Positions 40,783-50,812 of a stretch of DNA of 64,000 nucleotides are shown one piece after another. Positions within the stretch are counted from its first letter, which is position 1, and every line of letters begins with the position of its first letter. The position numbers and the translations under genes were made by a program. The DNA comes from an uncultured delta proteobacterium (GTDB lineage Bacteria > Myxococcota > Myxococcia > Myxococcales > Myxococcaceae), in assembly GCA_963776345.1 (NCBI GenBank), contig CAVZMH010000015.1, forward strand, positions 96,001-160,000, in the 5' to 3' direction. The notes under the pieces were generated by a model that saw only the letters and a program-made list of their open reading frames with translations, was not told the DNA's origin and did no database searches.

Positions 40783-40804
40783 CACCGATTCTGCGCAATC
40801 GGTG
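40783..40804. promoter_or_regulatory. Perfect 8-6-8 inverted repeat upstream of the ECF sigma gene (candidate operator or hairpin)
   Basis: CACCGATT-ctgcgc-AATCGGTG in the ald-rpoE1 intergenic region. Confidence 0.4.
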
Positions 40805-40885
40805 ACGCACTTCGACGTGGGGCGTAATTGAAGAACAACCTTCGCCTGGCCGTCGGTGTTGGGCGTCGCCAGGGAGGAGCGGGAC

Positions 40886-41524
40886 TTGGACTTTCGCCAC
40901 AACCACCGGACGAAGCAGGAGTTCGAGGGCCTGGTCCTGGGCCACCTGGACCCGCTCTACTCGGCGGCCCTCCGGCTGACCAAGAACGAGCGCGACGCCG
41001 AGGACCTGGTGCAGGACACCTGCATGCGGGCCTACCGCTTCTTCGACAAGTTCGAGCGCGGCACCAACATCAAGGCCTGGCTCTTCAAGATCCTCACCAA
41101 CACCTTCATCAACCGGTACCGCCGCAAGGTGAAGGAGCGGAACGTCACCGAGGGCTCCGAGCGCGAGGCGGTCCACGAGGCCTTCATCAGCCGGGACGCG
41201 AGCGACTACGCGGCGAACCCCGAGCAGTACATGTTCGACCGGCTCCTCTCGGACGACGTGCTCAAGGCCATCGACGGGCTGCCCATCGACTTCCGCCTGG
41301 TGGTCATCCTCGCGGACCTCCAGGAGTTCTCCTACAAGGAGATCGCGGAGATCCTCGACGTCCCGGTGGGCACGGTCATGAGCAGGCTCTTCCGTGGGCG
41401 GAAGGCGCTCCAGAAATCTCTCCGGGATTACGCGGCCGGTCAGGGTGTTCTCCCCGCGGAGACGCTCGAGGCCCCAGAGGCCCCCGTCGACCTGGGCGCG
41501 TACCGCCGCCGCCGTACGGGCTGA
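40886..41524 (+). CDS. rpoE1: ECF sigma factor, Myxococcus RpoE1-like
   Basis: TTG start after [70 protein letters not shown]; downstream of ald as in M. xanthus. Confidence 0.9.
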   Translation: MDFRHNHRTKQEFEGLVLGHLDPLYSAALRLTKNERDAEDLVQDTCMRAYRFFDKFERGTNIKAWLFKILTNTFINRYRRKVKERNVTEGSEREAVHEAFISRDASDYAANPEQYMFDRLLSDDVLKAIDGLPIDFRLVVILADLQEFSYKEIAEILDVPVGTVMSRLFRGRKALQKSLRDYAAGQGVLPAETLEAPEAPVDLGAYRRRRTG

Positions 41525-41603
41525 CGGGCCCTTCCAGGTCGGTCGCTGGCCAGATCGGGGATTCCCGGGCTAGACATTTGCCCGAGCCCCGCGGGGCCGC
41601 CCA

Positions 41604-42485
41604 ATGAATTGCATCGACCTCGACCCGCTCATCTATCCATACCTGGACGGCGAGCTCGACGAGGCGGAGCGCGGCCACGTCGAGACCCACGCCGCGGGCT
41701 GTGCGGTCTGCCGTGGCCGCCTCTCGCGCGAGGCGGCGTTCCAGGGCGCGCTGCGCCGGAGCGTGCAGCTCAGGACGCGGGCACCGGCGCCCGAGGCGCT
41801 CCGGGAGCTCCTCCGCGCCGGCATCCGGAAGGAGAATCGCCGGGTGCAGACGCTCTCCTGGCTCCGCTGGGGCACGGCGGCCCTCGTGGCCGCGACCGCG
41901 GGTGCCGTGGTGCTCGAGCTCCGGCCCGGCCACCGCGAGCAGATCCTCGAGGACGCCGCGCTCCGCTACCAGCGGCGGCTCCCCTTCGAGCTGACCGAGG
42001 CCAGCCGTGACGACGTCGAGCGCTGGTTCGGCGACAAGATGAGCGTGCGCGTTCCCTTGCCCCACCTCCCCGGGGCCACCATCGCCGGGGCGCGGCTGTC
42101 GAACCTCCGGGAGCATGACGCGGCGTACGTCGTCTACGTGCTGCCCACGTCGGCGCAGCGCGGCGGCCAGGACCGGAGGCTCGGGCTGTTCGTGCTCGAC
42201 GACCCCGAGCGGGAGATCCCCTCCGTCGCTGCCTGGCCCCAGGTGGGGGTGCGGAGCGTGCGCGGGTTCAACATCGCCAGCTGGCGCTCGGGTGGGCTGG
42301 TGTACGAGCTGGTCTCGGACATGGACGAGGCGGACCTGCGGCGCACGCTCCGTGAGATCGACCCCACCGGGGCGCCGCCCAGCCCGCCGCCCGAGGTGGT
42401 GGCGCCGGGACGCCCGCGGCCGATGCTCCCCGTGCCGCCGCGAAATCCCGCGCTCGAGCTGATCCCCGCCGGCTTCCAGAACTGA
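41604..42485 (+). CDS. Zinc-binding (zf-HC2) transmembrane anti-sigma factor
   Basis: MNC...YLDGEL...HAAGCAVC (HxxxCxxC), one TM segment, directly after the sigma gene. Confidence 0.9.
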   Translation: MNCIDLDPLIYPYLDGELDEAERGHVETHAAGCAVCRGRLSREAAFQGALRRSVQLRTRAPAPEALRELLRAGIRKENRRVQTLSWLRWGTAALVAATAGAVVLELRPGHREQILEDAALRYQRRLPFELTEASRDDVERWFGDKMSVRVPLPHLPGATIAGARLSNLREHDAAYVVYVLPTSAQRGGQDRRLGLFVLDDPEREIPSVAAWPQVGVRSVRGFNIASWRSGGLVYELVSDMDEADLRRTLREIDPTGAPPSPPPEVVAPGRPRPMLPVPPRNPALELIPAGFQN

Positions 42486-42531
42486 CGTTTGCCCACCGTG
42501 GGGGCCTGGCCTTAGCCTGTTGGCTTCGCCG

Positions 42532-43956
42532 ATGCCCACCCACGTCCTGATCGTCGAGGGAGACACCGCCCTCTCGGGCCGCGTCCGCTCGGCCCTGGAG
42601 CAGCGCGGGCACACTGTCGAGGAGACCTCCGACGGGCGCGGCCTGGTCGATCTGGTGCGGCGCCGCCCGCCGGGCGCGGTGGTGCTCGCGGTGGAGCTGC
42701 CCGGTGGCCAGAACGGTTACCTCCTGGTCGGCAAGCTCAAGAAGGACGAGGCGCTCAAGTCCATCCCGGTCGTCATCGTGGGCAACCCCGAGGGCTTCGA
42801 GGCCCACCGCCGGCTGAAGAACCGGGCCGACGAGTACCTCGCCAAGCCGCTCGACGTCCCGGCGCTGGTCGCCGCGGTGGCCCGCCTCTCCGGCTCGTCG
42901 GAGGAGACGCCGCTGGTCCTCGAGGAGGAGGCCACCGTCTCCGGTGACCCGGACCTCGACCTCATCGACGCGGCGTTCGACGATGCGCCCGGGCCCGCTG
43001 CGGCCAGGCCCCCTTCCCCGTCCGCGGCCCGGCCCGCCGCCGCGAGCAGCGAGGACGACTTCTCCGGGCTCACCGCGGACGAGGAGGGACCGACCATGGT
43101 CCAGCTGGGGACCGCGGCCGTTCCCCCGCCCCCGCCGCCGGCGGACGAGTTCCCGTCCGAGGGCGACAAGATGGTCCTCGCTCCGGGCGACCTCACCGCG
43201 ATCGACGACGACCAGGCCCGGGCCTTCGCCGCCGAGGTGCAGGCGGCCCAGCAGGAGCTGGTCGAGGAGCCCTCGGGGCCGCGTGCCGAGGGGGGCGAGT
43301 CCGAGGAGCTGCTCCGGCTCCGCTCCGAGGTCCACGCCGCCGAGCAGCTGGTGGGCGATCTCCGGGACCAGCATGCCCAGGCGGAACAGCGCGAGCTGGA
43401 GCTGAAGTCCGAGCTCGCCCGGCGCGACGGGCAGCTGAAGGCGCTCCAGGGCCGGCTCGACCAGGCGGTCCAGGAGCGGCGGCGGCTCGAGCAGGCGCTG
43501 CAGGGCGGTGGACAGGCCGACGCGGACGAGGCCCGGCGCGCGCTCGAGGAGCAGCTCGCCGCGGCCCAGCGGGACCTCGAGCTGAACCGGGCCCACGCCG
43601 AGGGCGCCGAGCGGCAGCTCCAGGACCTCCAGGAGAGGGCCGAGGCCGCCGAGGCCGAGCTGGCCCGTGCCCGCGAGCAGCAGGAGACCGGGGGCGGGCC
43701 CGAGGAGGTCGAGTCGCTCCGGGCGCGGGTGGACGAGCTCGAGTCCGAGGCCCGGAAGAACCGCGAGCGCGTCACCCGGCTCTACGGCCGGCTCAAGGGC
43801 GAGGAGCGCGCCCGGGAGCAGGCCCGGAAGGCGGTGGCCGTCGCGGGGCAGCTCCTCGCCGAGCAGGGAGCCGCGCCGCTCGAGGGGGTGCCCGCCACGC
43901 TGGAGTCGATGGGCGACGAGCCCGATCCCGGGACCGACGAGCCCGCGGTGGCCTGA
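42532..43956 (+). CDS. frzS: FrzS: pseudo-receiver domain plus coiled coil, social motility protein
   Basis: VLIVEGDTALS, VVLAVELPGGQNGYLLVGKLKKD (Ala at the phospho-Asp site), AHRRLK.RADEYLAKP, acidic/Pro linker, long coiled coil. Confidence 0.88.
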   Translation: MPTHVLIVEGDTALSGRVRSALEQRGHTVEETSDGRGLVDLVRRRPPGAVVLAVELPGGQNGYLLVGKLKKDEALKSIPVVIVGNPEGFEAHRRLKNRADEYLAKPLDVPALVAAVARLSGSSEETPLVLEEEATVSGDPDLDLIDAAFDDAPGPAAARPPSPSAARPAAASSEDDFSGLTADEEGPTMVQLGTAAVPPPPPPADEFPSEGDKMVLAPGDLTAIDDDQARAFAAEVQAAQQELVEEPSGPRAEGGESEELLRLRSEVHAAEQLVGDLRDQHAQAEQRELELKSELARRDGQLKALQGRLDQAVQERRRLEQALQGGGQADADEARRALEEQLAAAQRDLELNRAHAEGAERQLQDLQERAEAAEAELARAREQQETGGGPEEVESLRARVDELESEARKNRERVTRLYGRLKGEERAREQARKAVAVAGQLLAEQGAAPLEGVPATLESMGDEPDPGTDEPAVA

Positions 43957-43963
43957 CCGAGGC

Positions 43964-45049
43964 CTACTTCGCCTCCTTCTTTGGCGCGTTCTTCTTGTCG
44001 ATCATCTTCCGCGCCAGCAGCTGCACGCCCGAGGGCACGTTCTTGTTTTTCGCCAGCTCGCGCACCTCGGACTCGCGGAGCTGGGCGAGGAACTTCATCG
44101 CCACCGGGAGCGGGACCTTGGGGTTCTTGGTGAGCGCGAGCTTCACCGGGTACATCTTCAGCCACTCCCGGTTGTTGAAGACCACCCGCAGCACGTCGTC
44201 CTGGGCCGCGCGGTTGTTGGCCACCGCCAGGATCTCCCCGTCGGTGATCTTCGGGCTCCGGATGACCGCCACCGAGACCAGCTTGTTGCTGTCACGGAGG
44301 AGGTAGCTCCGGGCCTCCTTGTTGCCCTTGGTGGCGAGCTTGATCTTCTCCGCGATGCTCATCTTCATGATCCGCTGCGCGAGGGTGATCCGCTTCCCCT
44401 CCTCCATCGGGGGGGCGTTCTCGTCCGCCAGCTCCTGGTACTCCTCGATGATCTCGTCGGCGGTGGGTCCCAGGTCCGGCGGCGCGACCTCGGCCTCCGG
44501 GCCGAAGATGCGCACCCGCGCCGCGCGGATCTGCGGGACGTCGGCCAGGATGAGGCCCGACCGGACGCAGAAGTCGCAGACACTGTCGATCAGCGCCGGC
44601 CCGCAGCTCGGGTTCGAGCACAGCTGACGGACGACTTCCTCGTGCCGGAGGAGGCGGAGCTGGTTCTGGCTGATGATCTCCGCCGTCCGCGCGCCGCAGT
44701 GCGAGGCCGCCCGGGCCACCGCGTCGTCCGGGGTGGAGGCGTTGAGGATCAGCATCTCGGCGTAGACGTCCTGCTTCGCCAGGCGGTCCAGGAACCAGCC
44801 CAGCACCGGAGGGTCCACCTCCTCGTCCCGGAGCGCTGAGCTGAGGATGCGGTCGGGCAGCTTGCCCGCCGACTCCAGCGCCGTGGTCCGCACCTTCTCG
44901 TCCGGATCCGAGGTGAGGATGTACAGCGCGGTGATCATGTCCGGGGGTGGCAGCGGGACCAGCGCCTTGGCGGCCATCAGCCGCATGGGAAGCGGAGCGG
45001 AGGGGTCGACGTGCTTCCTGACCGTGGCCGAGAGGTCAAGCGTGTCCAT
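43964..45049 (-). CDS. Conserved alpha-helical hypothetical protein next to frzS
   Basis: 361-aa ORF, strong coding bias; [36 protein letters not shown]; overlaps coaX stop. Confidence 0.85.
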   Translation of the reverse strand: MDTLDLSATVRKHVDPSAPLPMRLMAAKALVPLPPPDMITALYILTSDPDEKVRTTALESAGKLPDRILSSALRDEEVDPPVLGWFLDRLAKQDVYAEMLILNASTPDDAVARAASHCGARTAEIISQNQLRLLRHEEVVRQLCSNPSCGPALIDSVCDFCVRSGLILADVPQIRAARVRIFGPEAEVAPPDLGPTADEIIEEYQELADENAPPMEEGKRITLAQRIMKMSIAEKIKLATKGNKEARSYLLRDSNKLVSVAVIRSPKITDGEILAVANNRAAQDDVLRVVFNNREWLKMYPVKLALTKNPKVPLPVAMKFLAQLRESEVRELAKNKNVPSGVQLLARKMIDKKNAPKKEAK

Positions 45050-45809
45050 GGTTCCGCTCGTGGATGATCCGTAGCCCTTCCAGGGTCAAGAACTCGTCCA
45101 CCTCCTGAATGGAGCGGGACTCGCCGGCGATGAGCCCGGCCAGGCCGCCGGTGGCCACCACTCGCACCGGGAAGCCCAGCTCGCGGGTCATGCGCTCGCA
45201 GATGCCATCCACCAGCCCCACGTAGCCGTAGACCAGGCCGGACTGCATCGAGTGCACGGTGTTCTTCCCCACCACCGCCGGCGGCCGGGCGAACTCGACC
45301 CGGGGCAGCTTGGCGGCGTTCTCGAAGAGCGCCTCCATGGAGATGGTGACCCCGGGGCAGATGCTCCCGCCCAGGTACTCGCCCTTCGGGGTGACCGCGT
45401 CGAAGGTGGTGGCGGTGCCGAAGTCCACCACGATGAGCCCGCCCCGGTGCTTCTCGTACGCGGCGACCGCGTTCACCACCCGGTCCGCTCCCACCTCACG
45501 GGGGTTGTCGTAGAGGATGGGCATCCCGGTCTTCACCCCGGGGCCCACGAAGAGCGGCGCCAGGGAGAAGTAGCGGCGGCTCATCTGCTCCAGCGAGAGC
45601 TCCATCGGCGGGACCACGCTGGACACCACCAGGGCTCGAATGCCCTCGGCAGGGATGCCGGCCCACTGGAGCACCTGGCGGATCCACAGCCCGTACTCGT
45701 CGGCGGTGCGGTGCGCATCGGTGGCCAGGCGCCAGTGGTCGACCAGGCGCGGGCCGTCGAAGACTCCGATCACGGTGTTGGTGTTGCCGACGTCGATGGT
45801 CAGGAGCAT
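45036..45809 (-). CDS. coaX: Type III pantothenate kinase
   Basis: [36 protein letters not shown]. Confidence 0.97.
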   Translation of the reverse strand: MLLTIDVGNTNTVIGVFDGPRLVDHWRLATDAHRTADEYGLWIRQVLQWAGIPAEGIRALVVSSVVPPMELSLEQMSRRYFSLAPLFVGPGVKTGMPILYDNPREVGADRVVNAVAAYEKHRGGLIVVDFGTATTFDAVTPKGEYLGGSICPGVTISMEALFENAAKLPRVEFARPPAVVGKNTVHSMQSGLVYGYVGLVDGICERMTRELGFPVRVVATGGLAGLIAGESRSIQEVDEFLTLEGLRIIHERNHGHA

Positions 45810-45821
45810 GGCGGTCGAGGG

Positions 45822-46838
45822 TCAGGAGACGGGTCGTACGCGGGGCCGGACCTGCTCCACGTCGCCGGCGAGCACCCGCTCCAGGCCGTCCTCGGTGCGT
45901 AGCAGCAATGCCCCATCCAGGTCGATGTCCTCGGCCACTCCGCGCAGCTCCCGGCGCTCGGCCTTCACCAGCACCTCGAGCCCGAGCGTGGACGAGAGCG
46001 CCCGCCACCGGGCCCGCACCGGTCCGAACCCCTCCTGCTCGTGGGTGTCCAGCCACTGCTCGAGCACCTTCATCAGCCGGGCGACGAAGGCGGCCCGGTT
46101 GACGCGGCCGCCGAGCACCCGCATCACGCTGGTCGCCAGCTCGGCGACGTCCGGCGGGAAGTCCGAGGGGCCGGCGTTGAGGTTGACCCCGATGCCCAGG
46201 ACGACGAAGTGCACGCGGTCCGCCTCGGCGGACAGCTCGGTCAGGATTCCCGCGATCTTCCGGCCGCCGACCTGCAGGTCGTTGGGCCACTTGATGCTCG
46301 CCTCCACGCCCTCGCCCCGCAGCCCCTCGGCGACGGCCACCGCAGCGAGCAGCGTCAGCTCCGGCGCACGCTGCGGCGGCAGCTCCGGCCGGAGCACCAG
46401 CGAGGCGTAGAGGTTCTTTCCCGGGGGCGAGGCCCAGGTCCGGCCGCGCCGGCCGCGCCCCGCGGTCTGCTGCTCCGCCACCACCAGCTCACCGTGCTCG
46501 GCGCCCTCCCCCGCCAGCCGGAACGCCAGCTCGCTGGTGCTGGGGATCGAGTCGAAGGCGTGGACCGTGCGGCCGAGATCGTGGGTCTCGAGCAGCGGGA
46601 GGATCTCCAGCGCGGTGAGCCGGTCCGGCACTCGGACCAGCCGGTACCCGCGCGAGGGCACGGCCTCGATGGCGTACCCGCGGTCGCGGAGCGCGTTCAC
46701 CACCTTCCAGACCGCGGTGCGCGACAACCCGAGCTTGCCGGAGAGCGCCTCGCCCGAGGCGAAGTCCGGACCTGACTCGAGCAGCATCTCCAGCACCAGC
46801 TGGATGTGCGTCGCGTCCTGGCGATCGGGGGGGACCAT
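45822..46838 (-). CDS. birA: Bifunctional biotin--protein ligase/repressor
   Basis: N-terminal HTH SGEALSGKLGLSRTAVWK, QTAGRGRRGRTW, KWPND, KIAGIL, GIGVN. Confidence 0.96.
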   Translation of the reverse strand: MVPPDRQDATHIQLVLEMLLESGPDFASGEALSGKLGLSRTAVWKVVNALRDRGYAIEAVPSRGYRLVRVPDRLTALEILPLLETHDLGRTVHAFDSIPSTSELAFRLAGEGAEHGELVVAEQQTAGRGRRGRTWASPPGKNLYASLVLRPELPPQRAPELTLLAAVAVAEGLRGEGVEASIKWPNDLQVGGRKIAGILTELSAEADRVHFVVLGIGVNLNAGPSDFPPDVAELATSVMRVLGGRVNRAAFVARLMKVLEQWLDTHEQEGFGPVRARWRALSSTLGLEVLVKAERRELRGVAEDIDLDGALLLRTEDGLERVLAGDVEQVRPRVRPVS

Positions 46839-46941
46839 CGGCTCGAGTCGGAGCCAGCGGAGACTACCACCCCCTGTCCGTCCTGAGCCTGGATGCGCGG
46901 AGCCGCTGCCCCGCTCGTCGGGCGTCCCCCTGGTGAGGGGG

Positions 46942-47550
46942 TCAGCGGACCGGCGCGACCTCGAAGGTGGTGAGCCGGAGCTCGGCGGTGGGAGCGGTGC
47001 GCTGCCCCTCCTCGAGCTCGGTCCGGACCCGGACGATGCCCACCCCCGCGGCGAAGGTGACCCGGTTCACCAGGATACGGGCGGCGTTCGCCGGGTCGGC
47101 GGCAGTGCGGCTCTCCACCTCGGCGCAGTCCGCGAAACGCCCGGCCGGGGCCTCGCAGGGCGTCTGGACCGAGAGCACGCGGTAGTGCTCGGCCGAGCCC
47201 GGGGCCACCACGCTGGTCCAGGTGGCGCCGGCGGTGAGCGGCTCGTGCAGGAGGTAACGGACCTGATCCCGCACACCCTCCCGGTCCACCCTGAGCGCCC
47301 GGCCGTCGCGGTCCACGTAGCTCCCGTCCCGGAAGGCCACCAGCTCGACCCGTCGCGTCGAGCGCTCGCCGAGGTACGTGGCCTCGTAGGTCCATTGGTT
47401 GCCCACGGCCAGCGGGAAGTAGCGGGCCGACTCGGGCAACCGACCGGCGGGAGCGGTGGCCGCGGGCGCCGCTGGCGACGCAGGGGCGGCGGCCTCGTGC
47501 GCGCATCCGAGGACCCCGAGGGCGAGCGCCGCCCAGTGGCGCACCCTCAC
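46942..47550 (-). CDS. Hypothetical lipoprotein
   Basis: Lipobox GVLGC; YFPLAVGNQWTY, PAGRFADC, FAAGVGIVR. Confidence 0.8.
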   Translation of the reverse strand: MRVRHWAALALGVLGCAHEAAAPASPAAPAATAPAGRLPESARYFPLAVGNQWTYEATYLGERSTRRVELVAFRDGSYVDRDGRALRVDREGVRDQVRYLLHEPLTAGATWTSVVAPGSAEHYRVLSVQTPCEAPAGRFADCAEVESRTAADPANAARILVNRVTFAAGVGIVRVRTELEEGQRTAPTAELRLTTFEVAPVR

Positions 47551-48467
47551 CGCGGGTGCTCCCCGGGCGCGAGGCTCGCGTTCCGTGGGTCCCGGATCTG
47601 CGGACGGCCGTGCCGGGTCATCTCCTCGAGCGCCTGCTTGGCAGCGTCGCGGACCACCGGCTGATCGTGCCCCTGGGACATCGTGTACAGGTACGCCTCG
47701 GCCTCATCTCCACCGATGGCGCCGAGCGCATAGACCAGCTCGCGCAGGAAGCCCGGGTCCTTGCCCCGGCTGATCTCGATCAGCTCGGGCACGGCCTCCC
47801 GGGCCTGCAGCTCGACCAGGCCGCCGATGGCCCGGCGGACCTCCAGCGGGTCGTCGCCCTTGAGCCGCTCCACCAGGGCGGGGATGGCGGCCCGGTTCCG
47901 CCGCGCCACGAGCGCCGAGGTCGCGGCGTCGCGGATCAACGGATCGCGCGAGCGGAGGTCCTTCACCAGCCGGGCGTCATCGCGGCCACGGGCATCGAGC
48001 TGCACCCGCGCCTCCTTCACCAGCCGGTCCAGCACCTGGTCCAGGGCCCGGCGCGCGGCCTCCTGGCGGCCCTCGAGCGCCTCTCCCTCCACGGGCTGGC
48101 TGCGCGTGGCCTGCAGCGCGATCCGCTCCACGCCGTCTTCCGTGCTGCGGCGGATGCCGAGCGAGGCGGTCACCTCCTCGACCGCAGGGAGGCCGGAGCC
48201 GTTGGCCTGCTCCTGGACCGCGTCCACCTCGAGCGTGATGCGCACCGCCCCGTCGACCCCGCGCTTTCCAGGGTCGAGGAGCTTGAACCCGCGGTCCGGG
48301 ACGAGGCGCGCCGAGAGCTCCGTCTGCGCCTGCGCCGGGGTGAGGGCGAGGACCTGGGCCTCGGCGAGCGAGGCGGCCACCACCTCCACCCGCTCGACCG
48401 GGTGCGGCGGCAGCTTGCACCCGGCAAGCAGCACCAGCCCGGCGGCGACGGAGGCCTTCCTCAGCAC
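47547..48467 (-). CDS. HEAT-repeat lipoprotein
   Basis: Lipobox LLAGC; C-terminal HEAT repeats (AIPALVERL, AVPELIE, ALGAIGGDEA). Confidence 0.82.
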   Translation of the reverse strand: MLRKASVAAGLVLLAGCKLPPHPVERVEVVAASLAEAQVLALTPAQAQTELSARLVPDRGFKLLDPGKRGVDGAVRITLEVDAVQEQANGSGLPAVEEVTASLGIRRSTEDGVERIALQATRSQPVEGEALEGRQEAARRALDQVLDRLVKEARVQLDARGRDDARLVKDLRSRDPLIRDAATSALVARRNRAAIPALVERLKGDDPLEVRRAIGGLVELQAREAVPELIEISRGKDPGFLRELVYALGAIGGDEAEAYLYTMSQGHDQPVVRDAAKQALEEMTRHGRPQIRDPRNASLAPGEHPR

Positions 48468-48525
48468 ACACGGGACTCTAACAAGGGGGCCGGGTCCCCG
48501 GCTGCGCCGTCCGCTGCCTCCGGGG

Positions 48526-50236
48526 TCACCCGTCCTGGGAGGACTGCCCACCGGCCGACGGTGGCTCGGACGGGGCAGTCGCCTCGGAGCGCTCGGGGCC
48601 CGGTGCAGCCGCCTCCTGGCCGCCCGGGGCGGCGCCGGAGGCTGCTGCCCCCTCCGCTGCCGGGCCACCGGGAGCTCCCGGAGCGCCCTCGACACGGCCG
48701 CGACCCCGCCGGCCACGACGCCGGCGCCGGCGCCGCTTCCGCTCGCCGGCTCCGGGTTCGCCCGGTACGCCCTCGGCGGCAGGCGTCGCGGCGCCCTCGG
48801 GTCCGGTCTCCTCGGGGCCCTCGTCCTCGCCCTCGTCCTCCTCGTCCGCTTCGTCCTCGGCGGAGAGGGGCTCGACGGCCTCGGGCGGCTCGATCGGTTC
48901 GGGACGCTCCGCGCGCTCGGCGTGGTCGCGCTCCCGGTGTCGCTCCTGTCGCTTTCGGCGCGACTCCTCCGCGCCCCGGGCGGCATCCTCGAAGAAGGCC
49001 GGATCGAGCTCGAACAGCTCGAGCGACACCACCCGGACGCCGCTGTGGGACTCGAGGAACTTCTCGGCGAGGCCCTCGCCGGCCCAGACGTGGACCGGCG
49101 CGCCCCCGGAGAGGGCCTCGGACCGGGCGTCGCTCCGGAGCTCGCCGCTGGCGAGCAGCAGCACCAGGTGCGCCGACTGGGATGCGAGAATCTCGGCGGC
49201 AGTCCTGGATGGTGCGGCGGTCCACCGGCCCGTTGCCCCGGTGGATGCGGATGGCCCAGCGTAGCTCGAGGCTTCCGTCCTTGCGCCGCGCGGTGAGCAG
49301 CGGCCCGTGGTTGCTGCGCTTGGCGACCTTGATCTCCCGGAAGTGGAGCGCGTGGAGCATCCGGACGCAGGCCTTCTCCAGTGTGCCGGACTCGAGCGAC
49401 GCCAGGTGCGAGCGGAGCGCGCGGGCCATCGCCCGCCGGGCCTCCTTGACCGCGCTCTTGGCCGCGTGGACCAGCGTGTCGTCCGCCATCGCCTCCGGCG
49501 CCGGCGCCGGCGGCAGCGCGTGGCGCAAGGCGATGCGGCCGTCGGTGAACGGCAGGTCGAGGGCCCTGGCGAACGCGGCCTGGACCTCGGCGACGGGCGC
49601 GTCGTCGCGCTCCAGCATCAGCGCGCCGGTCGAGTCGAGGGCGAAGCTCGGCCGGCGCCCGGCGTCGATGCGCCGCTGGTTCTCCTCGGCGAGACTGGTG
49701 AGGAGCGCCTCGGGCTGGAGCTCGTCAGAGGCGAGCCGCCGCTCCCGGGCCAGCCGGAGCACCTCGGAGGGGGCGAGCGGGGACTCGGCCTCCCCGAGCA
49801 GCTCGAAGGCCACCTCGGGGATGGGCGGGAACTTCCGCTTCTTGCCCCGCTCCTCCTCCTCGTGCCGGCGTCGGCGCTCCTGCCGGCCGGCGCCACGCAC
49901 GTTCTCGTTGCGCGGCTCGGGGTGGCGCTCGACGGGGCGGAGCGGAGCAAGGCCCTCCTCGGGGTGCTCGTAGGGAGCGGACATCGCCTCCAGCGCGGCG
50001 GCGTCCTCGGGCAGTCCCCAGGCGGTGAGGGCAAAGGTGTCGGGAGCGGTGACGGTGACCTGGCGGTCGCGGGCGCGCCGGGCCATCGCCGCCAGACGGG
50101 AGAGCATCGTCTGTTCAGGCGTCTTCCCGACGTGGCTGAGGAGGCCCTGGGCGATCGACCGCTCGGTGATCTCGGCCGAGGTGAGCGGTTGGCCAGCGGC
50201 CTCCAGGACCCGGAGCGCGGCCTCGTAGAATGTCAT
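48526..50236 (-). CDS. Double HARE-HTH protein with degenerate Mrr-like domain and charged tail; one frameshift near 49190
   Basis: [11 protein letters not shown]...GKTPEQTM (HARE-HTH), second wHTH, Mrr-like fold; removing one A at 49189-49190 joins QDCRRD to [25 protein letters not shown] of ORF 48526..49164. Confidence 0.75.
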
Positions 50237-50748
50237 GTGGGCGCGGGAAGGTAGCGGGCCGGGTGTTCCCGGTCAATCTCGCGGCGCGCCAGTCGCCGAG
50301 CGCCTCGCTCCCACCTCCCGCTCGAGGAGACGGGCGAGCACGCCCGCGAGAAGAGTGTCTCGAGAAGATCCGGTTCGGATTCCTCCCCGTCGGCCTCGTC
50401 CGCACGAGGGACATCGGGCAGCGACTCGACGACGGCAGACCGGAGACGCTTGGACTCGGAGCCGAGAGTGTCGATCGCGTTCTGGATGGATGACGGCAGC
50501 CGCCCACGCGCCCGCTTCGACAGATCCGCGAACCTCGCGAGCGTGCGCTCCTGGTCTTCAAGAAGGACGAGCAGGATCCGCCGGAGGTCGTCCGACTCCC
50601 AGTCGGCCGCTTCGGTGATGATGTCATTGCACAGCCCGACGCACTCGTCACAGATGTAGACCGTCGGGCCGGCGATCAGCCCCTTCACCTTGCGCTGGCT
50701 CTTCCCGCAGAACGAGCAAATCAGGTTGACGGTGTGTTTCTTCTTCAT
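50233..50748 (-). CDS. Stand-alone ClpX C4-type zinc finger protein (no AAA+ domain)
   Basis: [44 protein letters not shown] followed by a helical region; no Walker A/B. Confidence 0.75.
   Translation of the reverse strand: MKKKHTVNLICSFCGKSQRKVKGLIAGPTVYICDECVGLCNDIITEAADWESDDLRRILLVLLEDQERTLARFADLSKRARGRLPSSIQNAIDTLGSESKRLRSAVVESLPDVPRADEADGEESEPDLLETLFSRACSPVSSSGRWERGARRLARREIDREHPARYLPAPT
50248..50276 (-). promoter_or_regulatory. Putative sigma70-type promoter of the HARE-HTH gene
   Basis: Minus strand TTGACC-N17-TACCTT, 11 nt before ATG 50236. Confidence 0.5.
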
Positions 50749-50812
50749 GCGGGCTCCGCGGGACTGGAGCTTGCAGGGCGGCACCGCCCGTGCAAAGCAC
50801 CGCCACTCTCGC

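Noticed and set aside
40820..40865. Autoregulatory ECF promoter (AAC...GTT) upstream of rpoE1
   Set aside because: Match is too degenerate to support without TSS data
35734..41176. Very long ORFs 35734..39504 (+) and 36812..41176 (-), and many similar antisense or alternate-frame ORFs across the window
   Set aside because: They overlap well-supported genes, lack motifs, and are expected from stop-codon scarcity in very GC-rich DNA
50233..50748. Calling this gene clpX
   Set aside because: Only the zinc finger is present; no AAA+ module follows in any frame
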